From Bigelowiella natans CCMP2755 (lineage: Eukaryota > Protista > Cercozoa): a stretch of DNA of 40,429 bases. Where the stretch lies: the NCBI GenBank assembly GCA_000320545.1, contig ADNK01003400.1, forward strand, positions 1 through 40,429, given 5' to 3'. The position numbers were made by a program, and so were the translations under genes. The notes beneath the pieces are model-generated. The model did no database searches. It was given only the letters and a program-made list of their open reading frames with translations, and was not told the origin of the DNA. The number at the start of each line of letters is the position of its first letter. Positions within the stretch are counted from its first letter, which is position 1. Positions 25,501-36,009 of the stretch are shown piece by piece.

Positions 25501-26494
25501 AGCATGCGGAGTGTTGGTAGCTATGGCGATGGATAACTTGAAGGTAATAAGTCGATCACACGGTGACGAGGGTCTAGATGACGTCCGTCTTCTGCAAATG
25601 CACAATGATATGGATATGTATCTCCTGCTACAGCGCGTCAATGAGACACTAAATGTAGAGCATGCACATGCATGTGCGCGCATACATGGTGAATTAAGCG
25701 ACAGTGCTGTTGCTGCATTTTGGACGCCAGGTAGTAGTGGTAATAAAGTTCAATACCACACGCAACGGCAAGGTGTCACAAATACCCGCCAATCATTGAG
25801 TCAAAATTGCTGATCAATGCAAGTCGATCCAATCCATGAGAAGAACTTGAAAGAAATGAATGTTTAAAATCTTTAATTGTCAACCTAGTTTTACAGAGCC
25901 GCGGCAATAGCGCTGAAATTACATTGATTTCTCTTTCTGCCATCATGTTCTTCATGCATTCCTTGTATATGCGCTCAATACCGTGCTTTTCTCATCCATG
26001 GATAGATAGAGACGGTGATGTCCACACTTCCATGTATGTGTGGTCACTACCTTGTCTCTTCTCAAATATCCACTTTTCAACACTTACGCTTCTGTCTCAC
26101 TTACATATATCTGTGTTAGTGTGTTCGATATTCAGGGCTGTGATTTATCACAGCAGCACATGTGCCTGACACATATAGACATGTGTCCCAAAGTACCAAA
26201 CAACACGTATGCATGGACCACAACAGCTGAGATATGCTCCAAAACAGCTGAGGTATGTACAAAGGCACACGTGCATAAAGTGCACCGATGTTTCATAATG
26301 GGTGTCCTTTTAAATAATAAAAACGGTAATGTTTAGCTACGCATGCTAGCATGTAAATCATTACCCTGTCTCTTATGACATCTATGCATAGCGACTGCGC
26401 TGAACATCTATGAATGCTTGCAATACAATAAATACGCGCAATTTGAATACGAACAGAAGATGCCCTCAGCTTCATATTGACTTTTCCAACTGAA

Positions 26495-26579
26495 ATCAAC
26501 ATGAAATAAGCAAAGATTAAGTGGGTCTGTGATCGAGAGCGATCAACATGCAATAAGCGAAGATTAAGTGGGTCTATGA
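26495..26579 (+). repeat. 38-bp direct repeat with 47-bp period
   Basis: ATCAACATG(A/C)AATAAGC(A/G)AAGATTAAGTGGGTCT(G/A)TGA at 26495 and 26542. Confidence 0.85.
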
Positions 26580-26754
26580 GAGCGCATGATTCCAGCTTTA
26601 TGAATTCGATTTGGAAAATGGCGACGTTATAACATGCAACAATAGCTCATGCGGCAAGAGGCTACGCTTCGGTCGGCAAAGCACAACTGCAAAATTGCTT
26701 GAAGTCTAACATTATGACCCAGACACAACACACATACACACCACATGCCACCAT

Positions 26755-28504
26755 AAAAAAATGTTCTTTTTTTAGCCGGAAATACATAAATCACAGTTCA
26801 ATTAGCAGCTTACATGTGTGTCCTTTAAGCGTCTACAAGTCTAGTCTTCAGGGGGAACAAGCGCACGAAATCTCTTTAGTTCCTCTGCCTTTTCTCTCTC
26901 ACTTTGAGGCCTGTACGTGCACAGATTCGTGCGCATCCTGCGAAATCTAGCGTACGCAGTAACTGGAGCATCCCACAACGGTTTTGGGAATGTCGCAAGA
27001 TGGCTTGATGCCTCACGTCGAGTACGAATCTGTTCCATCAGCTCGTACGTCGAAATCATCCGTACCCGCATTCCTACCTCAGGACGAATGCAATTCTCCC
27101 CTACTACATACGGCCCTACTTCCTCAAGGCCGTCGGTCATTTTCTTCGGTTTCACAAAATCTTTTTCTTCGGCGTCATCAGTCTCAAGGGCTTTGAGTCG
27201 GCGCAAGTGGTCTCGGGATACTCTCTTCATCTCCCCATTGCTAAGCTTAATTTCGACGCTCTTCACCTTACGAGGGATGGGACCTGTTTTGTTAGTCACA
27301 ACTGCTGTAATCCTTCCACAGGTGCTTTTAAATCTTCTAGATGTCGGCAGCCAGCACGTATGTATAGCGACTCTCTTCCACTCCTTTATCTTCCCCCATG
27401 CAGATACACCGTTCCCTGGACAATTAGCTCTGAGCTACTAGGATCCTGATCGATGTGCAACCAGTTGTCGTTCTTAACTGTGCATCCTTTCTTCAGCGAC
27501 CCACCCCATTTCGGCGGGGCGCTGATAGCAACAGAATCTAGGCTGCAGGTCAGATTGGCCGTTTCGAACAAATGCTTGAATGCAGGTTTCGCTAAGAGCC
27601 GCATTTTATCGGCAAATGGGGTGTTTGGAAGCCCATGAAAGACGCGCAGTCCTTTCCCAGGGAAGAGCGGTAAGATCGCCTCCGTCACCTCTCTCAGTGT
27701 CTTGGGCTTGTCCTTCGGATCCCTCTGCATCCTTTGGATAGCTTCGAGAAGATCATCAAGTATCTCGTCACGTCCAGCCTTTGATAAACCTAGTTCTAAA
27801 ACTACATAGCCATTAGCGAAGAACTGACTCTTCCACTTATCAACAGAAGCAACAGGGAAGTGCTCGGAACTCTCCAGCTCTGTAGCAAACGGTGGCTGTC
27901 TACAACCGCCCTGCTTCCACCTTTCGCTCATCATCGGTCCATATTCTCCATTGCAATGCGGAAGCTGTGAGTTCCACAACACCAATGTGGCTGTTTCATC
28001 TGCTGAGAGATTTGGCCGTGGATCAACGATAACAGCAGCCTTTTGAAGTTCCTCCATGAAAGCGGTTGGTGTCTTCTTGGACTTCGCATGCCGCTTGAAA
28101 TGGATCGAGGTTTTGTCCACTACCGGCCCATCATCTGCGTAGTTCGCTTGGTTCTCCTCTTCGCATCTTCTGTCGTCGAGATGATACTTTGGGCACACTA
28201 CAAGCGATCGCATCTGCCTCATCGACTGCTGTTTCGCTTCCCCCTTTCCCACTACTCCCCCCCCCGCTTTTCTTCGGGATAAGGACACGTTGAACTTTAG
28301 TCTTTGCTCGCCCAGTCCTTCTTGTTCCGGCCCCAATCTTTCTCTTTAGGTTGTAGTGTTCGTTCATGTTTCTTCTTGAGTTATGGCCTTCATGTGTATC
28401 GCTTCCAGTTACGCTCTTCCTCGATGCAATCCTTCTCTACTGTCGGGAGCCGATCAAATAAATGGCTTGCGTTTATATCGCGCGACAACATTTTTAGAAT
28501 TTAT
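26755..28504 (-). repeat. Inverted repeat arm B (partner 12714-14463)
   Basis: Reverse complement of arm A, ending at CATTTTTAGAATTTAT (28504). Confidence 0.95.
26841..28491 (-). pseudogene. Frameshifted inverted copy of the 12727-14379 ORF
   Basis: Near-identical reverse complement. It has a 2-nt deletion near 28392, +1 nt in the G-run near 28260 and a 1-nt deletion near 27388. These split it into ORFs 27386-28336 and 26841-27299. The indels could be assembly errors. Confidence 0.8.
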
Positions 28505-29154
28505 TTCTGAAATGAATAGCTCGCAAGGTCTCGATTTATGAATCCCGAGCCTCAGAGATTCTCTCGAGTTTTCTTTGTCCCGAATTTCACCGGATAAATT
28601 CCTGCCCCATCCCCAACCCCAAAAAATCGAGGCTGATACCTCTCTTGATGGGTGTCGCGGCTGCTCTGCGTGTGCAAGGATGATGTTACTGCTTCTGTCT
28701 TCGTCGGCACTTGGGCGAGTAGGTGGCATTTCGTGCGCCAACGTCCAGTCACAGCAGCAACTGCTTGCTCCAGCCTTCTATAGCCGTCTCCAACGATTCC
28801 ACGTTAGGGTCTAAACTATACATTATTTTCAAACAGTTTCTAATCCGATTCATAGACGATTGCATATTTCTATTGGTAGTGGCTGATTGTATTCTTTGGT
28901 TCGCTTCCCCCATCCCCGTGTTCGTATCAATTCCAGCAAATGTCAGCAGCTGGGCGCCTTCGACGTCGGCAGCCTGGCCGCAATGACAAGGTCTCTTTCC
29001 ATCCTCTTTTCTCTTAACGCCCTCAATGGGCTAGTTTATTCTCATTATTCGGGTGAGGAGTAGACGGGGTATTTTCTGTTTGTCGCAAATCCGCATTTTG
29101 TTCCTCGCACACCTGGAACTAGTGGAGTAAAGGAATCGCGCGCGTCATATTTGT

Positions 29155-29360
29155 ATGCATGCCAATCAGAGACCAAGCCTGTCACCAGAATGCTATGGCA
29201 ATCAGTCATCATCATCTTTGAATGCGTCCTCCTCGTCGACTACCACCAAGCGTTCTGCCGCAAAGGGCCCCTTTTCCTGCTACTTGCTGCGCTCGCTCTC
29301 AAGCAATCGAACGTATTTTAAAGAAAGTTTGGTGTGAGAGAGAAGAGGGGCGGGGGGTTG

Positions 29361-29412
<52 letters not shown>

Positions 29413-30537
29413 TATAAACGGTGAGAGGAGAGGGAGGAAGAGTAAACTATCTCGCTTTGGAGAAACCTGTCACTTAGTAGTTGAGCTACCGTTTACCCAA
29501 GATCTTCTTGAAGAGAAGCGAATAAACTGCTATTGCCGTCAAATATAACGCTCATAGAAACTCATCGCCTGCCGATAAAAATAATGTCTACGCAATGACT
29601 ACATCTACAAGGGAGGGGAGGAATTGATCGATATTCATGTTCATGACGCCTTTCCTGCGTCGTTTTTTGGACGTAATTACGGCTCTTTCCTGGCAGGTAT
29701 GTTGGAGTCACAAATTCGCTGCAGAGAAGGCTACGAGAGCATAATGGAGATCTAAAGGGAGGGGCTAGGTGAGCCGTATAACTTGTGTGTGTTTTCATCA
29801 ATCGCTCCACTCAGCATCTCCGTTTCCACACTCTATGTTACCTATTGGGGACAGCATTTATTCGTTTAACTATCTGACTCAATATGAAGGGCGACGAGAT
29901 CTGGGCGGCCATGGAAGCTGGCGCTCAGCGTCGATGGGTTCGAAAGGTGGGAGCATCAGAAAAAAGGAGCAAAACAAAAACTCAAAGTAAGGAATACATA
30001 TGAGATGTATTTATTCGTGCCGGCCCTATTGTGCAGATACGTGAACGTTCTACAATTCGAATGGAAGTGGAAGCATCCAAGGCCGCGTCGATTTCTCTTT
30101 AAAGGCAGGATGGCGACGCTGGCCAGGCTTCTCCGCATGGTGAGTGCTCTCGATGTTGCAGGCTGTGTAGTAGCTTAGTAAAAGCAACCGCTGAGTACCC
30201 CATTGATTTCCTAATTCGACACCCGAAGTTCTTGTGAGTAAGAGGGGGGTGGGAGATGGAAGGAGGGACGAAGCGAAAGACAGGGGGCGCAAGCAAACCA
30301 TGCATGTACCTACGCCGTGAAGTTACAATGTGTGGTATTTTTCAGGACACGTGGACAAAAGCAGCCCCCCCCGCATCTGAGATCAAACTGACGGTGAGCT
30401 TGCACGACTCGGATGTCGCAGAGGAAGCGCGTGCCTTGCTCGAGCCAAACACCCTTCCACCGTACGTTTGCATCGGCGAAACGCCCGGCAGGCCTGCTAC
30501 TACTCCGGCAGAGGGGGGAACTCGAGAGGCGGAATAA
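29155..30537 (+). CDS. SLX1: Structure-specific endonuclease SLX1 homolog (GIY-YIG), 5 exons
   Basis: Spliced FSCYLLRSLSSNRT|YVGVTNSLQRRLREHNGDLKGGAR|ATRSGRPWKLALSVDGFE|YVNVLQFEWKWKHPRP..LARLLRM|DTWTK..EAE*. Matches the Slx1 motifs RLRQHNG..GGA, RPW and LQFEWAW.HP. Start codon inferred. Confidence 0.9.
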
Positions 30538-30659
30538 GCTTCAATCTCCCACCGCCAGTCAGCAGAGCTCGTGCGAATGAAGAATGAGTCTATTCCCGTC
30601 CATTGTTGCTGTTGCTCCTTATCTCTGCGGCTACAATGCGTGTAGTGGTGCGCCGTCAA

Positions 30660-32040
30660 CGCATGTCGATCATGCGATTGGCACGGACATCTAGATGCGC
30701 CATGCATGAGACACTTTCACACTTGCATGCATCAGCGCGCTCATTTGATTAGCTGGGGAACTCTAATTAGAATCTGTCTCTGCATGGAGGCACGTGACAA
30801 GGTCTTTGTGCATCTTTTGGCGAAGCAGCATGCATCTTGCGCGCGCACCAGCCTGTGTGTGTGTGTGTGTGTGTCTGTCATGTCTTGCCCAAACAGTGCA
30901 ACGTTGGACCACGTGATGAGCGGAGCCATGATGCGTGCGCACACGTGGCCGCAGAAGCAACGTGCGTGTGCACGGGATCGATGTGATGCCAGTTTTGTGT
31001 TCCATCTCGTTCTGGTTTTCGAGAAATTCCACTGCTAGACTGGCCTTCATTGCCCAAAGTTCAGCCATCTGCGTGCCATCTAGCCATGCATGCAAGGAGA
31101 AAAACCTTGTGCACTTTGGTTCTGACTTTGGCTCCAAGCACAGCAGGAGTTGCAGGAAACTGTTCCTCTGAGCCGTTGATCAAGAGCAATCTGACGTGCA
31201 GCACAAGTGGTCAGGCCCAAATCCAAAATCTCGAGGAGAAGCCTCAGTTTTGATGTGTTTTGAAAATTGGGCAAAGTTGGGAAATCAGAGTTTTCACTCT
31301 TCAAGTAAAAGCAAAAACAACTCTCCCATTGGCACGAACGCTCAGAATTGCGCATGCACAGCAAAAAGTACGTGAGAGGAAAATTGCTGAAATTACTGGT
31401 CAAACGAGTCTGGGAGTGTCAAAGTGTCGGCACTTTGCTTCACGTGACCACTTGCTAGGTTGGCCGGTGCGTGCCAGCGTGGTCACATGAAGCAAAATGT
31501 CGATGTTTTGTGTGTTCCCACGTGCCGCACATTGAGAATTTGCATCAATGATCAAGTTCAATTGAGCCAAATTGAAGTGCGCAATGACAGCTGCACGTTG
31601 AGCAAAAAAGTGTCGAAAAGTATTCATTGGTTTTTGAGATGGCTCATTTTTTGTGTCGATGTTGCACGTTTGGGCAAGATGTGGTGTGCATTGCAATGCG
31701 CAGTGCCACGTGCATGCCAGCATGATCAGGCGATGATGACCAAGGTGCAGGTGATGCTTGCAAGACGCACCACCTGACCAATCACATGCACATCACACGT
31801 GCCATTGCTGTGTCTGCAATGATGTTTGTGGTGTCGTGAAAGACATGGATCATCTCCTTTAATGCGAGATGTGCGCGCACACCAACAGCTCAGATTGCGC
31901 AATCAATTGTACGCCATGATGAATCGAAACGATGAGACAAAGCCACTGACTGAAGCAGAAAAAGAGGCAAGAACTGCTTCACGTGCTGCACGACATCGAC
32001 GACCGGAAACAGATGCTTTCAAACACAGAAACATGCAACA
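30660..32040. other. TpA-depleted domain
   Basis: About 13 TA in 1380 bp, 8 of them in YTAR context. Confidence 0.85.
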
Positions 32041-32062
32041 GAAGAGATAAATGGACACAATG

Positions 32063-32260
32063 TGAGCGCTGTAGCCGCTGCTTTGCACAACTATACACAT
32101 TGGGATGGCCATTGAAAGATTTGATCACTTTGTTGCATCCGTCTCACATGTGATGTGCAACATGTATGTTGCATGAGCGCTGTAGCCGCTGCTTTGCATA
32201 GCTACATTAGGATGACCATTGAAAAGATTTAATCACTTCATTACATCTGTCTCACATGTG
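32063..32260 (+). repeat. Degenerate tandem duplication (~90 bp x2; 32063-32152 and 32174-32260)
   Basis: Both copies start TGAGCGCTGTAGCCGCTGCTTTGCA and end GTCTCACATGTG. Confidence 0.9.
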
Positions 32261-32425
32261 TTGCATTGCAGTCTATTGTTGAACACAAGAACTTGCACAC
32301 CAGCGCATTAACGGTGTACGTACACGTATGCATAGTAGGATGTGCGAAACAACATGTATAGAATATTCCAGTGTCTATTATCGAATATATTCGCATGTCA
32401 GCTCATTTTGGATAATTTGGCTGTA

Positions 32426-32465
<40 letters not shown>

Positions 32466-32759
32466 TACATGATATTACTGTGTCTAATATCACGATTGTG
32501 CCATACTAGATGCCAATATGTCCATAAAAGCTTGCCATATCTAGATGCTGCCCATTCTAGCATTGTGCAGTCGCATTTGTTCACGGTTGCGTTTTCAAAG
32601 GATTTGCATATGTTGCTGCTACATGTACGTGTTCCAGCCATTTAGATTTGTTAGCATGATGCGAACAGCATGATGAAATTTTGAGCCTTGGGAGGGGGAT
32701 TGTATGCAAAGCTCTGCACTCCCGAAGTTCTGACTCATGGAGCGACATGCGTTGCAAAA

Positions 32760-34136
32760 TCACAGTCCACCACTGCTAGTATTTATCACGACCGCATGAG
32801 TTTTAGTATCTCTTTTGCAGAAATACCAAGCTAAGCCAATCGCAGCTGCGCCAGCAGTACCTCCAACCACAGCTCCAGCAATAATCCCAGCGTTCGAAGA
32901 GTCTCCGCTCCCTGAACTTTCCCCATCACTCGAAGAAGAAGAGGGCGTAGGTGCGTTTGCAGTTTGCGGATAGCCCACCGTCGATACAGTTTGTCCGAGG
33001 CCGTTGGTTAAGTTCGGAAGAGACATTGTAGCAAGGCTTAAAGCTTCATCGTACGGGGTCCTTGTTGGACTTGATCCATCCAAAAATGTAACCGTCATGA
33101 CTACGCTACCCGAGTGGAAAGATAGCTGAAATTTTGCACTGTCAAGATTCAACAACGCTCCTAGCCTGGTCTTCAGATCGTCTTTTTGAGTGGTGGTGAG
33201 TGGCATGTACAAATATGGAAACGTCAAATCAACGCTATACCTAACTGCTTGCTGATCTGCAGGGGGGTTCGTGGGCGCTGGAGTCGGATTAGGGGTAGCT
33301 GGACTTGCGGTTGGTAGACTCGCACTTGGAGAAGAAGTTGGATAATAAGTTGGATAGGCAAAAGTTGGATAAGAAGGTGTTGGGTCGGGAGTTGGATTGA
33401 AAGGTGTTGGGTCAGGAGTTGGATTGGAAGGTGTTGGGTCAGGAGTTGGATTGGGGGTAGGATAAAGTGTTGGGGGGGGAGCTGTAGTATGGTAGTAAAA
33501 ACCAAGATCAGACCCACTATACGACTGGCTGACGATCGAATTCATCGCGCAACTTTCGTAATTGTATGTTTGGGTTCCACTATTCCTAAATTTCATGTCC
33601 GTGAAGGCTGGGATGCCCATCATGCGGGCCAACAGGCAAATTTGAGAATCGCCTGATAAATCTCCAGAGACGGAAACACCGCCGCCAGTAGTTAACGCCG
33701 GGCAGCCCCATATTGCAGTTCCTGTGCACGTCGATGGGTCTACTGAACATCGTACAGTTAGGTCTTGGCCTTGAGAAATCTGCGTGAAATCCTTCAATTT
33801 GGTATGGCAGCTGCTGACCCCAACACATTGACTGCAAGTTGAGACCGTGCCAGAACCGCTCATTGACAGCCCATAACATGCGAGATGCCAATTTGATCCG
33901 CAAGAGGTTGGATTTGAGCCTTGGCATTGGCCCACTCCTGAGTTTGGACAGCACGTTAATTCCATGGCAGAAAAATCTGATTCGGCTCGATAACACGGAC
34001 AATCGGTTGCGAGGTTTCCAGTATTTGAACATGCTGGATATTTATATCCTGTTCCCGCTTCGGAATTCTGAAGAAACATCACCAACAAGGACAATGCAAG
34101 AACATCTCGAGTGAAGCAGTTGCCGCCGACAAACAT
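32760..34136 (-). CDS. Intronless type I membrane/surface protein: signal peptide, Cys-rich region, LCCL-like domain, PT repeats, SEA-like segment, TM
   Basis: Likely ATG 34136 (MFVGG..LALSLLVMFLQNSEA). AIWG..SGDSQICLLARMMGI resembles LCCL. It has (PTPDPTPSN)n repeats, FQLSFHSGSVVMTVTF, and TM AGIIAGAVVGGTAGAAAIGLAWYF followed by CKR. Confidence 0.85.
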   Translation of the reverse strand: MFVGGNCFTRDVLALSLLVMFLQNSEAGTGYKYPACSNTGNLATDCPCYRAESDFSAMELTCCPNSGVGQCQGSNPTSCGSNWHLACYGLSMSGSGTVSTCSQCVGVSSCHTKLKDFTQISQGQDLTVRCSVDPSTCTGTAIWGCPALTTGGGVSVSGDLSGDSQICLLARMMGIPAFTDMKFRNSGTQTYNYESCAMNSIVSQSYSGSDLGFYYHTTAPPPTLYPTPNPTPDPTPSNPTPDPTPFNPTPDPTPSYPTFAYPTYYPTSSPSASLPTASPATPNPTPAPTNPPADQQAVRYSVDLTFPYLYMPLTTTQKDDLKTRLGALLNLDSAKFQLSFHSGSVVMTVTFLDGSSPTRTPYDEALSLATMSLPNLTNGLGQTVSTVGYPQTANAPTPSSSSSDGESSGSGDSSNAGIIAGAVVGGTAGAAAIGLAWYFCKRDTKTHAVVINTSSGGL

Positions 34137-34298
34137 TGGCGATGGAGTGAATGGAAACTGGTTGACTATGCACGACAATTTTACCCACACACACGATCAT
34201 GCTCAGATCTGATCAGATCGTCAGATGGTCTGTGAAACGACGTGGAGAGAAACGAACAAACAGTGAGCGAAACAACTATCTGACCCGCATACCCTTAC

Positions 34299-35960
34299 AT
34301 CTGATCAGATTGTCAGCATCGAGAGGAAATCTGATCAGATCTGAATGCAATCTGATCAGATCTGAATGCAATCTGATCAGATCTGAATGTGATTGCAACG
34401 GTGTGCGGGCCAGATGGATGCAAACCTTTTTCAAGTGTCGTCGTTTCCGACAAGGGTGTCTGCGACAAGGTTTTCTGGCCGTTTCTGATCGAAATGCAGG
34501 GCCCTGGCAGGATCCGTGCTCGTGCTGGAAAGTTCGGGGGCTCGGCTCACCGGATGCAGAGAAAGCTGCCGCTTTCTGGAAAATGACGACAGAGGAAAGA
34601 TCAGCTCATGGTGTTTCTCATCACCAACAGGGTGCTGGCAAGTCCTTGCAACGAGTGTTGTTGAGGCTCTGCTGCATGCAAACGCCTGTCTCCCATGTGG
34701 TTCTGGCGCATGCAGATTTGATCAACGCTTTTTTCATTGTTCATTGTTCATTGTTTCTGAACATGAAAGAAATCCTGCATCAGACTCGTTTGTCAGATCT
34801 GACGCAGGCCGAGTGGAGGCTTTTTTTGGAGATCCATTCACCGCAATTGTGACCTGTTTGCATCGCCAGGGCATCCCATCATCGTCATCCTTCCCACCAC
34901 CGACGACGTGTGTGTTCCCCAACACCGCATTGTGACCTGATGAAGCGATCCCGCGGAATCCTTTGGTCGCTACGCGAAACAGGGCAGGCCAGCTACCAAT
35001 GACCAACCGGCCACACCAGCGCACACATTGCAGGCAGCTCGAGTCCCTGACGATGATCCACAACCACATCACACAAGGCAAACTGCACAATTCCGCTCTG
35101 ATGGGGGGGTGGGCGGTGCTGAGGCTGCAGGGGAAGGGTCTGTTGAGTCCCAGACCTGCAACGATCATGACTCTCCACGTCCTCCACCTTCTGCGTGTCA
35201 CAAATTCTTGACAATGGTGTTGAATGCAATGGCCATGGGACGTCTGGTCAGCTGTTCGACGAAGTTGCCAATGGTGACGATGTCATTGGTGTCAATGGTG
35301 ACAAAGACAACGACAGCGAGCGGAAACATGTGTGGGTGATCCATCCGGAAAACATGCCAGTGCAGTTCCTGCTCGGGCTCAAGCGCAAGCGTTCCGTTGA
35401 AGGACGGGAAAAGGCCAAGCTCAAAGAGGTGTCGAAGACGCCACGGCAGAGCCGCCCCACGTCCGATCAGTCGCTCCTCGTCCATCGCGGCAATCACCGT
35501 TATCACGCGAGCGTGCCTGCGGAGAGGAAGATGCAATTCCCAGACTTTGAAAACCCAAGAAAGTGTCATTGCGCAACGGCACCAAAGGAGTTCGACAGGA
35601 TCACAGAGCGTCGGCTCAAGCCATCATGTGACACACAGCTTGCACACATCAAAGCTTGTTGATCGTGCACGTGCAATCAAGAACCCACATTAATCTAGTC
35701 ATGCATGTCGTTGATGTGAATGAAAACGGATGGATTGATTCAAACACACAGACAACACTTGAGACAATGTCACAGTTGCATCTTGGCCAGTGGATGCTCA
35801 TGATGGACATGTGACATCATGCATGTGTCATACATGCTGCTAGGCAACTCTTTTGGCATGAATTTGGTCAGAAAGTCGGAGTCGTCGCGCGTCCCATGTG
35901 TGCTGTTGTCATGTGACACATTGGACATGCACACACATGCGTACACATGAACACACGCAC
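34299..35960. other. TpA-depleted domain (putative hypermutated repeat/TE relic)
   Basis: No TA between 34299 and 34970, and only 3 TA in 34299-35690. CpG is plentiful, and TGCA/CATG are abundant. Confidence 0.9.
34328..34390. repeat. 21-bp tandem repeat x3 containing palindrome TCTGATCAGA
   Basis: AATCTGATCAGATCTGAATGC x3, with further TCTGATCAGA copies at ~34208 and ~34300. Confidence 0.9.
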
Positions 35961-36009
35961 GCGCATGCATATGTTAGCTAGGATCCCATCAAGTTCTTCC
36001 CAGTGTAGT

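Noticed and set aside
12714-28504. Composite DNA transposon or LTR element
   Set aside because: No transposase, RT, integrase or TSD was found. The arms are inverted gene copies and the enclosed genes are ordinary intron-rich host genes.
28505-29100. Upstream exons for inverted copy B (AG acceptor-like site at the breakpoint)
   Set aside because: All frames are interrupted by stops and no phase-consistent join to the 550-aa frame was found.
30706-32112. Many overlapping 70-125 aa ORFs rich in C/H/M/A (also 8344-8886, 14478-15815, 34199-35693)
   Set aside because: TA-free DNA has no TAA/TAG on either strand, so long ORFs arise passively. No domain motifs were seen.
34328-34390. CRISPR-like array
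   Set aside because: Contiguous tandem units with no spacers, no cas genes and a eukaryotic context.
34299-35690. CpG methylation decay or classical RIP as the cause of the TG/CA excess
   Set aside because: CpG is abundant and TpA is missing. RIP would enrich TpA and 5mC decay would deplete CpG.
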